A stretch of DNA of 62,939 nt, filler included, from Chiloscyllium plagiosum (Eukaryota), in assembly GCF_004010195.1 (NCBI RefSeq). It is 5 parts of one record of this genome, joined end to end, with 100 filler letters (N's around TTAATTAATTAA, not from the genome) between each part and the next. Parts side by side here need not be neighbours in the genome. Positions count along the whole stretch, not along the records: positions 50,129 to 57,976 come from NC_057715.1; positions 58,077 to 62,939 come from NC_057715.1; 3 more parts are not named here. The stretch is one strand, 5' to 3'. Position numbers and translations under genes: made by a program. Of this stretch, positions 50,670 to 60,676 are shown piece by piece (position 1 is the stretch's first letter; each line of letters opens with the position of its first letter). The notes under the pieces were generated by a model. The model worked only from the letters and a program-made list of their open reading frames with translations, made no database searches and was not told the DNA's origin.

Positions 50670-51135
50670 ATTCTCCAAAGTGCTGCAAGAAGTAGTGAAG
50701 AAAGCTTGTCCTAAAAACATCAAGGGCACAACATTGATATTGCAGAGTATTGGGCTTATTGAAATGAATTAATACCCTAAGCAATGTTCCCTCTAAACTG
50801 CTTCTGTACACAGCGACTGGCATTGGCATGTCAATTGTAGCATTGACTTCTGGTTACAGAGGTTGCTACCGTGCATGGACCTGGGATGCCTGTGCAGATG
50901 GAAAGACAATAAGAGGAAATTCTGAGCCTAAAATAGCATCTTGTACAAACAAAATAGTGTTATTATCCCCAAAGAGATGAGAAAAGAGATATTGTAATGC
51001 ATGCAAGCTGTCAGGGAATTGAATCTTTTCTGAGGATGGCAAAGTGTTCTTCTAACCAAATACGAGCTGTGTGATCCAGTAACACCTCAGTCAGTGCAGA
51101 GGAAGCAAGCAAGCTAAAGAGTTGCTTATAATGCT
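50670..51135 (+). mobile_element. Ancient Gypsy/Ty3 pol relic (region leading into the integrase zinc-binding domain), split by a MITE
   Basis: With the MITE removed it reads VLQEVVKK.CP.NIK...YWAY*NELIP*DSILYKQNSVIIPKEMRKEIL..., paralleling the Gypsy GWP...YW..RDEL...DG.LY...RV.IP...R..IL..IH..H.GIE pattern. Confidence 0.6.
50782..50924. mobile_element. hAT-type MITE (143 bp)
   Basis: Degenerate TIRs caatgttccctctaa ... taagaggaaattctg; candidate 8-bp TSD accctaag / agcctaaa; removing it restores the host reading frame. Confidence 0.55.
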
Positions 51136-52008
51136 TTCTGCCTCAGAACTTCAACTTAACTTCATCATGGCTAATTCCTTGGGAAATTTAGTTCTGACCA
51201 TATGGAAGAACAGGGGACAATCAGTGAAGAAAGACTACAACTCCGGAGTAAATTTTAGGAAAAGCTGCAACAGAGCTGATAGGAAATACATATTAAAGAA
51301 AAACACCAAATTCAGGAAATTCTGATACACTGTAGCAATTCATCACCTGGTTTGGTGTTTTGGAATTGGATGTTGAATATACTAACATTTGTAGCTTTCT
51401 TTAAAATGTTGGAAATGTTATATAGCTTTATTATGCGTCTACCTTAAATTGTAGACATTTATGTTTTTATTTAACCTATTGATCCTCATCAACACATTTA
51501 GAGACGTTATAACACACCTTTGGAGCAGATAGGATTTGAACCTAGAGTAGGGACGCTACTACTGCATCATATGTCGACTTTTAGAATTTTGAGTATTAAG
51601 TATGTTTAGAATTAAATTCATTCCATGTTAAAAATAAAAAAGTTATATTTATATAGTTGGGCCACTGTTCATGAATTCGGAGAGGAGTACTATGATAAAC
51701 AACATGCATTAAGTTGAAATTAAAAGCAAATTCAAACAATTTTTTTTAATGAGGTGTTGAAAATTGTTTCGCTGCTTAATGTGCAGTGTGCGTTGCTGAA
51801 AAGTAACTTTGACCTGTTTTCTAGAACCTTCTTTGGTATTAAGAGAAGGATCAGTAACCAGTGACAATAAATCCCTAATCAGATCACGTAGATTAAGAGG
51901 AGAGACTGAGTCCAGATACCATTTGTCTCATAAACTTGCAGACAAAAGTGAATTCAGTTCTAAACTGGGCAAAACGTGGGATTGAATGCTTTCTGAGTTT
52001 GTGCAGAA

Positions 52009-52045
52009 ATGGCCCTGGTGAAGAGTGGCTCGCTATGGAGACAAA
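52009..52045 (+). CDS. PLEKHB1: PLEKHB1-like (evectin) PH-domain exon: MALVKSGSLWRQ(S)
   Basis: Acceptor tttgtgcag|aaATG, donor gtgagt, phase 1. Resembles PLEKHB1 MALVRGGWLWRQS and PLEKHB2 MAFVKSGWLLRQS. Confidence 0.85.
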
Positions 52046-52480
52046 GTGAGTGTTTTTAAAGTATAATGTTTTTTGGAGAGGGAATTCTGAAAAGGATTTA
52101 GAATATACAGCATTACATTAATTTTATTAAAATTAAATTCACATCCAAGTTTATAACAAATGTTTTAAGTAATTCAATCAGTAGGTCTGCTAATATTCAA
52201 AGTTTTGCCATAATTTCAAATGATTTGTTTTGAGAAACATAATATCTCCGCTCCTACTACAGTTTTTTCTTAAGGGAGAAAGGTTATAGTTTTGAGTCAT
52301 AGAGATCCAAAGTAAGGAAATAAACGCCCTTCAACCCATTTAGTCTGCAATTATTTATAATTAGCCATAGATTTTAATGCAGTCTATACAATGATTTTCT
52401 TGAATTATTCACTAATATGTAAATGTCATAAAGGGCAGATAAAATACATGAAGAAAATATGTAACTTTGTGTGTGTGCAG

Positions 52481-52633
52481 GCTCAATTCTTCGGAGATGG
52501 AAGAAGAATTGGTTTGATTTGTGGCTGGATGGTACCCTTGTGTATTATGAAGATGAAAATCGTCGTCAATTGGAAGACTGCATCCATGTAAAAGTAAACT
52601 GCATAAATATAAAGATAGGATATGAATGCATAG
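52481..52633 (+). CDS. PLEKHB1: PLEKHB1-like PH-domain exon: (S)SILRRWKKNWFDLWLDGTLVYYEDENRRQLEDCIHVKVNCINIKIGYECI
   Basis: 153 nt; acceptor gtgtgcag, donor gtaagc; in frame with the previous exon. SSILRRW, LWLDGTL and IKIG favour PLEKHB1 over PLEKHB2, but the paralogue call is less sure than the family call. Confidence 0.88.
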
Positions 52634-53304
52634 GTAAGCATTTACTGTCATTTGCACAATGTCTTGTTTCAAAAGTCAGCAATGAGCTAACTGTACACTT
52701 TTAAGATTGAGGACAATTGACATTTATATGGTGCTGTGAGTGAAAATCTCCCAAGTGAAGTTTGGGCACTTTCTGACTATTGGAATAGTTGACGTGAAAA
52801 CTGATTAGGTTTATGCTGATGCAGTAATAATTGTATACTTACCTGCCATGGTGACCAACAACCCATTAAACTTGCCTAGTGTGACAAGTTTTCTTCTGTG
52901 GAATTGAAGGGCGCATTTCTCCTCTGGTTGATTTCCTGAGGTTTGAGTTTGTGTATCATTGGAACTAAAACAAAATCCGATGGTGTAGAGGGTAGTATGT
53001 CAGCATGGGACAATGTAATGTGTGGAGTGCCACAAGGATTTGTGTTGGGACCTCAACTGTTGACAATTTGTACAAATGATTTGGATGAAGAGATAGGAGG
53101 TATGGTTGTCAAATTTGCTGACAGAACAAAGAGAGGTCAGAAATTAAGTTATGCAGAGCACATAAGGAAGCTACAAAAATTTATACTGATAGGTTAAAAT
53201 TGAGTGAGCAAAGATGTGACAACTGGAACAGAATGTGGGCAAATGTGACATTATTCATTTTGGCAGGAAGAATAAAAGCAATTCTTATGTAAATAGTGAT
53301 GATT

Positions 53305-53828
53305 GAATCGGAAGGATGTTATGAAACTTGAAAGGGTTCAGAAAAGGTTTATAAGGATTTTGCCAGAGTTGGAGGATTTGAGCTATAGGGAGAGGTTGAA
53401 TAGGCTGGGGCTGTTTTCTCTGGAGCGTCAGAGGCTGAGGTGACCTTATAGAGATTTATAAAATCATGAAGGACATGGATAGGATAAATAGACAAAATCT
53501 TTTTCCTGGGGTGGTGGAGTCCAAAACTAGAGGGCAAAGGTTTAGGGTGAGAGGGGAAAGACGTAAAATAGACCGAAGGGGCAACTTTTTCATGCAGAGG
53601 ATGGTACGTGTATGGAATGAGCTGCCAGAGGAAGTGATGGAGACTAGTACAATTGCAACATTTGAAAGGCATCTGGATGGGTATATGAATAGGAATGGCT
53701 TAGAGGGAAACAGACCGAGTGCTGGCAAGTGGGACTAGATTAGGTTGGATATCTGGTCGGCATGGACGAGTTAGACCAAAGGGTCTGTTTCCATGCTGTA
53801 CATCTCTATGATACTATGACTATGACTC
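53305..53828 (+). mobile_element. Young 5'-truncated CR1 nested in the old CR1
   Basis: RKDVMKLERVQKRF.RILPELEDLSYRERLNRLGLFSLE plus a 3' UTR ending in (ctatga)n-like repeats. Confidence 0.9.
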
Positions 53829-54251
53829 TGAGATGCAGAGGGATCTGGTTGTCCTCCTGCATGAATCACAAAACGTTAGCCTACAGATACAAGTACTTAA
53901 GAAAGCTACTAGAATGTTCTTAATTATTGCAAGTCAAATTGAATACAAAAACACAAAAATAATGCTTCAGTTATGCAGGGTAGTAGTGAGACCACATCTG
54001 GAGTACTGTGCACAATGTTGGTAACCTTATTTAAGGGAGGATATAACTGCATTGGAGGAAGTTCAGAAAAGTCTTATCAGACTAACACCTGAAATGTGGA
54101 AGTTTTCTTGTGAGGGCAAGTTGACAGCTTTGTATTGTATTTACTGGAATTAAGAAGAGTAGAAGTTGACATGATTGAAGCATATTTCTATTCATTCACA
54201 GGCTATGGATGTTGCTGGCTAGGCCAGCATTTATTGCTCATCCCCAGTTGG

Positions 54252-54443
54252 GGAGAAAGTGAGATCTGCAGATGCTGGAGATCAGAGCTGAAGATGTGTT
54301 ACTGGAAAAGCGCAGCAGGTCAGGCAGCATCCAGGGAACAGGAGAATCGACATTTCGGGCAAAAGCCTGAAGAAGGGCTTATGCCCGAAACGTCGATTTT
54401 CCTGTTCCCTGGATGCTGCCTGACCTGCTGCGCTTTTCCAGCA
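54252..54443. mobile_element. PLE family 1 hairpin element with an intact plus-strand hammerhead core
   Basis: Inverted arms around cCTGAAGAAGGGCttatGCCCGAAACGTCg (about 54366-54395). TSD catccccagttgg (54239-54251) / catccccaattgg (54442-54454). Confidence 0.88.
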
Positions 54444-56099
54444 TCCCCAATTGGCTCTACTTTGGTTTCATGATCATCAGCAGATTCGTAATTCTAGATT
54501 TTTCAATTGAATCCAAATTCTGCCAGCTGCTACAGGTGGATTCAAACCTGGGTCCCCAGAACATTATTGGGGATGCTGGATTAACTGTCTAGTGACAATG
54601 CCACTAGGCCATTGCCTCACCCTGCTCCTGAGCACTGTTCAGAGGAGAGACATGGAAAGAATGCTTTCTCTTATGGGTAAGTCTAGGGGTGACTTTTAAA
54701 ATCAGGGGTTAACTCAGTTAAACGGAGATGAGGCATTTTTTTTCTTCTGTCATTTAATGAAGGGTCTTTGGGACTCTTTTTCCTGAGAAGATAATGGCAA
54801 CAGAGTTCTTGAATATTTTGAAGGCAGAGATAGGAAGATTCTTGATTCAAAGGGGTAAAAAAATTATCAAGGGTAGGTGGGAATGAAGATTTGAGGTAAC
54901 AATCAGATCAGCCATGATTCTTATTGAATGGCAGAGCAGAGCTCAAGGGACCATATAGTCTATTCATCCTAATTTGCATGTTTGTCGAAATCAAGTAACT
55001 CCTTCACGATAGTATGACTGCTCCAGTCTTCAGAAGAAGGTCAAAATTTGAAATTGCATTAAGCAAGGCCGTGTGACAACTCCCATAATATTTACAATCT
55101 ACCTGATGGTGACTGCTTCTCTCATTAATGATCAACAGAAGAAGGGTCACTGCACTCTGCGTCCTCGTCACACTTGTAGCCAGACCTGCTAAATCTCTCC
55201 AGCAATTTCTGTTTTTATTTCACATATCCAGCATCCTCAGTTCCTTGTTTTATTTTAATAATCAACTGCCTTTTAGTGTATTAAATACCACATGGAATGT
55301 AAACTCTTTTGTCTTACTTGGCTCCTTGCTAAAACTAAATTGACAACTATAGACATAAATGATCTATAGCTTGTGGATGTCTTTAGTGTCATTGCTCACC
55401 ATGCACAAGGTTTACCAGCTACTGTCAAACTCCTCAATTCTTCAAACAAGAAACCTGGCATATGCTTTTGAATATTGTCAATCTCATTGGCTAAATATTG
55501 TGGCAGGAGATACTCTGGAATATGTTGCACTCCAAGATCTAAATTATTTTTATATATGTGAGAAAACACAAGTCCATGGACTGACCTCTGTGAACCTCTA
55601 CTTCAAACCTTCCTCTACACCTAAAAATGCCCAAGTTTTACAGATGCTGGAAATCTGAAATGAAGCAGAAAGTGCCAGAGAAACACAGCAGGTCCAGCAG
55701 CAACTGTAGAGAGAGAAAAACAATGTTTTGAATCCAAATGACTCTCTTCTTCAGAACTAAAAGTTTGGAATTTGGACAAATGTGATTATTAATTCTATCC
55801 CAAATAATTGTTTTTAGGTTTCCCCACCACTAAAATTAAACTGGCTGATCCGTATTTGCTAAGCCATTTTTACAACATTTTCCGAATAAAGGCATAATGT
55901 TTGTGATGCTCCAGTCCTCTAAAACCACCCGTAAATTCAGGAAAGATTGATAAGTTTTTGTAAGTGCCTCTCCAATTTTCACTCTCACTCCTTCAAAAGC
56001 CTGGAATGCATCTCATTTGTTCCCAGAACCCGATTAACTTTACGTACTGACAGCTTCTCTAATAACCCTCTCCTTATCAATTTTAAACCCTCCTAATGG

Positions 56100-56600
56100 G
56101 AGGAATGTGAAGCTTTAGAGAGGGTGCAGAGGAGGTTTACCAGAATGCTGTCTGGATTGGAGGGCATGTCTTATGAAGAAAGGTTGAGGGAGGTAGGGGT
56201 TTTTCTCACTAGAGCGAAGAAGGAAGACAGGTGACTTAATAGAAGTGTACAAGATGTTGAGAGGCACAGATTGAGTGGATAGCCAGAGAATTTTTCCCAG
56301 GACAGAAATGGCTGTCATAAGGGGCCTTAATTTTAAGGTGATTGGAGGAAGGTTTTGGGGAGATGTCAGAGGTGTGTTCTTTACACAGAGTGGTGGGTGC
56401 GTGGAAAGCACTGCCAGTGGCGGTAGTAGAATCAGATACATTAGGGACATTTATGCGACTCTTGGATAAGCACATGGATGATAGTACAATGAAGGGTATG
56501 TAAGTTAGCTTTATCATAGAGTAGGATAAAAGGTCAGCACAACATCGAGGGCCAAAAGGCCTGTACTGTACTATTCTATGTTCTATGTTCTATGTTCTAA
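56100..56600 (+). mobile_element. CR1 3' end (different subfamily) with a (TTCTATG)n tail
   Basis: EALERVQRRFTRMLSGLEGMSYEERLRE.G.FSLERRR..GDLIEVYKM; tail ttctatgttctatgttctatgttcta. Confidence 0.9.
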
Positions 56601-56796
56601 TGACTGTTTCCTCCTCTGTCACTATGCCTGAACAGATCTGCCTCATGGCTAAAGGTGGATACAGAGTAATCATTAGCAATTTAATTATGCCTCTTGATTC
56701 CATGTGTAAACCCCCTCTTTGGTCCCTAATCAGTTTTACTCCACCTTTTATTGCCCTCTTATTATTGATGTGGCTATAGAAGACTTGAAAATACTT

Positions 56797-57020
56797 GATT
56801 AGATTCCCTACTGTGTGGAAACAGGCCCTTCAGCCCAACAAGTCCACACCGACCCTCCGAAGAATAACCTACCTAGACCCGTTTCCCTCTGACTAATGCA
56901 CCTAACATTATGGGCATTTTAGCATAGCTAATTCACTGACCTGCACATCTCTGGACTGAAGGAGCACCCGAAGGAAACCCACGCAGACATGAGGAGAATG
57001 TGCAAACTCCGCACAGATAG
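56797..57020 (-). mobile_element. HE1 SINE 3' part
   Basis: gtgtggaaacaggcccttcagcccaacaagtccacaccgaccc...ggagaatgtgcaaactcc. Confidence 0.85.
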
Positions 57021-57491
57021 TCGCATAGTTTTGGGCACAATATGCACTCAGTTTGCTCATAAACATTTTAGAACCAAAGACAGCACCTTCAAACCCATCG
57101 CCACTTCTATTTCGAAGGAAATGGACAGCAGACACATGGGAAAAGCACCAAGTTCCTCTACAAGCCACTCACCCATCCTGACATGGAAATATATCACAGT
57201 TCCTTCAGTGTCATTGGGTCAAAATCCTGGAATTCACTCCTACGGGACATGGATTGCTGTCATTCAAAAAGGCAGCTCAACAACACCAGGACAATTAAGA
57301 ACAGGCAATAAATGCTGGTTTAGCTAATGATATTCACGTTCCATGAGCGAATTTTTAAAAGAACAGAAAAAATTCAAGGTATCAGAATTGTGAAAAGTTA
57401 GACTATAACTCCATAAGATATAGGAACAGAATTAGGCCAATCAACTCTTCAAGTCTGCTCTGTCATTTGACCATGGCTAAGATGTTTCTCA

Positions 57492-57976
57492 GGGGAGAGA
57501 GTGAGGTCTGCAGATGCTGGAGATCAGAGATGGAAATGTGTTGCTGGAAAAGCGCAGCAGGTCAGGCAGCATCTAGGGAACAGGAGAACCGACGTTTCGG
57601 GCATTAGCCCTTTTTTTTTTGTTCAGGGTGAGGACCAGTTCAGTCAGTCGAAGGAGGGTGTCAGTGGAAGGGTACTGGTCGGTACGGCGGGAAAGAAAGA
57701 AGCGGAGGGCTTTGAGTCCTTCGTGATGGGGGATGGAGGTGTACAGGGACTGGATGTCCATGGTGAAAATAAGGCGTTGGGGACCGGGGAAACGAAAATC
57801 ATGGAGCAGGTGGAGGGCATGGCTGGTGTCCCGAATGTAGGTGGGGAGTTCTTGGACTAAGGGAGACAGGACGGTGTCAAGGTACACAGAGATGAGTTCG
57901 GTGGGGCAGGAGCAGGCGGAGACAAAGGGTCGGCCGGGGCAGTCAGGTTTGTGGATTTTGGGCAGGAGGTAGAAAC
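57492..57976 (-). mobile_element. PLE family 1 with the RT joined directly to the 3' terminus (internally deleted)
   Basis: YLDTVLSPLVQELPTYIRDT..LIFTMDIQSLYTSIPHHEGL..ELVLTLN, then an A-run and the 3' half of the hammerhead plus tail. Confidence 0.88.
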
Positions 57977-58076
57977 NNNNNNNNNNNNNNNNNNNNNNNN
58001 NNNNNNNNNNNNNNNNNNNNTTAATTAATTAANNNNNNNNNNNNNNNNNNNNNNNNNNNNNNNNNNNNNNNNNNNN
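57977..58076. other. Artificial scaffold spacer
   Basis: 44N-TTAATTAATTAA-44N. Confidence 0.97.
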
Positions 58077-58330
58077 TCCATTACACCTCCAATTTTGGTG
58101 TCATCTGCAAACCTACTAACTGTACCTCTTATGCTCGCATCCAAATCATTTATGTAAATGACAAGAAGTAGAGGACCCAGCACTGATCCTTGTGGCACTC
58201 CACTGGTCACAGACCTCCTGTATGAAAAACAACCCTCCTTTGAGCCAGTTCTGTAGCCAAATGGCTAGTTCTCCCTGTATTTCATGAGATCTAACCTTGC
58301 TAATCAGTCTCCCATGGGAAACCTTGTCAA
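58077..58330 (-). mobile_element. CR1 RT fragment
   Basis: [22 protein letters not shown]...[10 protein letters not shown]. Confidence 0.9.
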
Positions 58331-58504
58331 ACTTGAATCTTTTCAATGAATGAACTTTATTTCTCTTTGTTGTACAATTCACACCATTGTCTCACAACTC
58401 ACACTTCATTGTTGTAAGGGTATAAAACGCCATATTATTATCTGTTCGGGGAAAGCTGTGGTTCCTTCTGAACATCCTGTCAGTGACTGTTTCAGTGGGG
58501 TCAA

Positions 58505-60176
58505 GTGCAGTCTCAATCAATGGGTGGGAATCAGACCGCTTCCCAGTCAGATGTGAAGTCAGGCAGGGCTGCCCTCTCTCTCCTGCCTTGTTTGTGTGCT
58601 GCATAGAGCCATTTGCCAAGTCCATCAGGAAGGATGCGAGCCTGAGAGGGGTGACTATTCCTGGCAGCGGGGGCCTGCAGGTTAAGGTCTCCCTGTACAT
58701 GGATGATGTCACCGTTTTCTGCTCGGATCCGATGACGGTGCACAGACTCTTGTGCATATGTAACCAGTTCGAATGGGCCTCGGGGGCCAAGGTCAACCGA
58801 GGCAAGAGTGAGGCCATGCTCTTCGGGAACTGGGCTGACCAATCCTTCATCCCCTTCACCATCAGGACTGACCACCCGAAGGTGCTGGGTATTTGGTTCG
58901 GAGGGGCTGGGGCATGTGCCAAGTCTTGGGGGGAGCATATCAAGAAAGTGAGGCAGAAACTGGGCAGATGGAAGCTACGGTCACTCTCCATTACGAGTAA
59001 AAACCTGGTCATCAGGTGTGAGGCACTGTCAGTGTTGTTATATGTGGCATGGGTCTGGCCTATTCCCAGAACCTGTGCCGTCGCAGTCACCCGGGCCATC
59101 TTCCATTTTGTATGGAGATTAAAGATGGCCAGGGTCGGAAGGGAGTCGATGTACAAAGATCTGGGCAACCCAATGCTACCTTCACCCTGATGGCCAACTT
59201 TGTGTGTGGCTGCATCAAGCTGTGCGTGGATCCTCGGTACGCAAACACCAAGTGTCACTTTGTGCTGAGGTTCTACATGTCCCCGGTGTTGCGAAGGATA
59301 GGCCTGGCCTCACTTCCACAGAACGCTCCGAGTAGTTGAACCATTCCATATCACCTGTCCTTCGTGGAGAAATTTATAAAGAAAAACACTTTTGACCACA
59401 AGTCCATCAGAAAGTGGTCAGCACGTAGTGTCCTTGAGACCCTTCGGGAAAAGGAGAGGGTGGATCCTGTCGAGTGGTTCCCTGAGCAGACTGTCAAAGC
59501 CATTTGGCAGAATGCCTCATTGCCAGAACTTTCCAACAAGCACCAAGACATGGCTTGGCTGGTGGTGAGAAGGGCTCTGCCTGTGAAACCCTTTATGCAC
59601 GCCCGGACTCTCAGCCGCACCGCACGCTGCCCTCGAAGCGGCTGTGGAGGGGACGAGACTGTCACACACCTCCTTCTGGAATGTCCCTACGCAAAGGAAG
59701 TCTGGAGACAAATGCAGTGGTGTTTGTCGAGGTTCATCACGAGCAGCTCCGTGACGCGGGACTCCGTGCTCTACAGTTTGTTGCCCGGGACGCTCACCGA
59801 GATGAACATCAACTGTGCCTGGAGGATCATCAACTCGGTGAAGGACGCTCTCTGGGCAGTCCGAAACCTGTTGATCTTCCAGCTGAAGAAGCTGGCCCCG
59901 ACTGAGTGTTGCAGACTGGCACATTCCAAGGTCCAGGACGACGTGTTGAGGGACGCGCTGAAGCTTGGGGCAGCTGCCGCCAAGTCGTGGTGGGGAAAGA
60001 CCACCGTGTAATGTCTGCCGGCCAAAGAAGAACAGGGGGCCCACTCAATAAGTGGGCTCCACTGACGCCTCAGCTAAACATATGGATATATGAATGGCAA
60101 ACGTACAGACCTGTATATACAAATGATTAATTCTGATCTCTCTATGCAAAGAAATAGAATGTATACGTATGTATGG
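58505..60176 (+). mobile_element. Tx1-clade L1 element: ORF2 RT C-terminal half, zinc finger and 3' UTR; 5'-truncated and frameshifted
   Basis: VRQGCPLSPALF...IEPFA, SLYMDDV, ASGAKVNRGKS and CPRSGCGGDETVTHLLLEC (zf-RVT); stop at 60011. Confidence 0.92.
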
Positions 60177-60676
60177 NNNNNNNNNNNNNNNNNNNNNNNN
60201 NNNNNNNNNNNNNNNNNNNNNNNNNNNNNNNNNNNNNNNNNNNNNNNNNNNNNNNNNNNNNNNNNNNNNNNNNNNNNNNNNNNNNNNNNNNNNNNNNNNN
60301 NNNNNNNNNNNNNNNNNNNNNNNNNNNNNNNNNNNNNNNNNNNNNNNNNNNNNNNNNNNNNNNNNNNNNNNNNNNNNNNNNNNNNNNNNNNNNNNNNNNN
60401 NNNNNNNNNNNNNNNNNNNNNNNNNNNNNNNNNNNNNNNNNNNNNNNNNNNNNNNNNNNNNNNNNNNNNNNNNNNNNNNNNNNNNNNNNNNNNNNNNNNN
60501 NNNNNNNNNNNNNNNNNNNNNNNNNNNNNNNNNNNNNNNNNNNNNNNNNNNNNNNNNNNNNNNNNNNNNNNNNNNNNNNNNNNNNNNNNNNNNNNNNNNN
60601 NNNNNNNNNNNNNNNNNNNNNNNNNNNNNNNNNNNNNNNNNNNNNNNNNNNNNNNNNNNNNNNNNNNNNNNNNNNN

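Larger units (their letters stand above)
52975..54990 (+). mobile_element. Old CR1 RT and 3' end with nested insertions
   Basis: CGVPQGFVLGPQL.TI.TNDLD..KFADRTK before the insert, and QRDLVVLLHESQ..VRPHLEYCAQCW after it. Confidence 0.82.

Noticed and set aside
52634..57976. Next PLEKHB1 exon (expected to begin near D.QPPEG)
   Set aside because: I found no matching splice-bounded frame by eye; it probably lies outside this contig.
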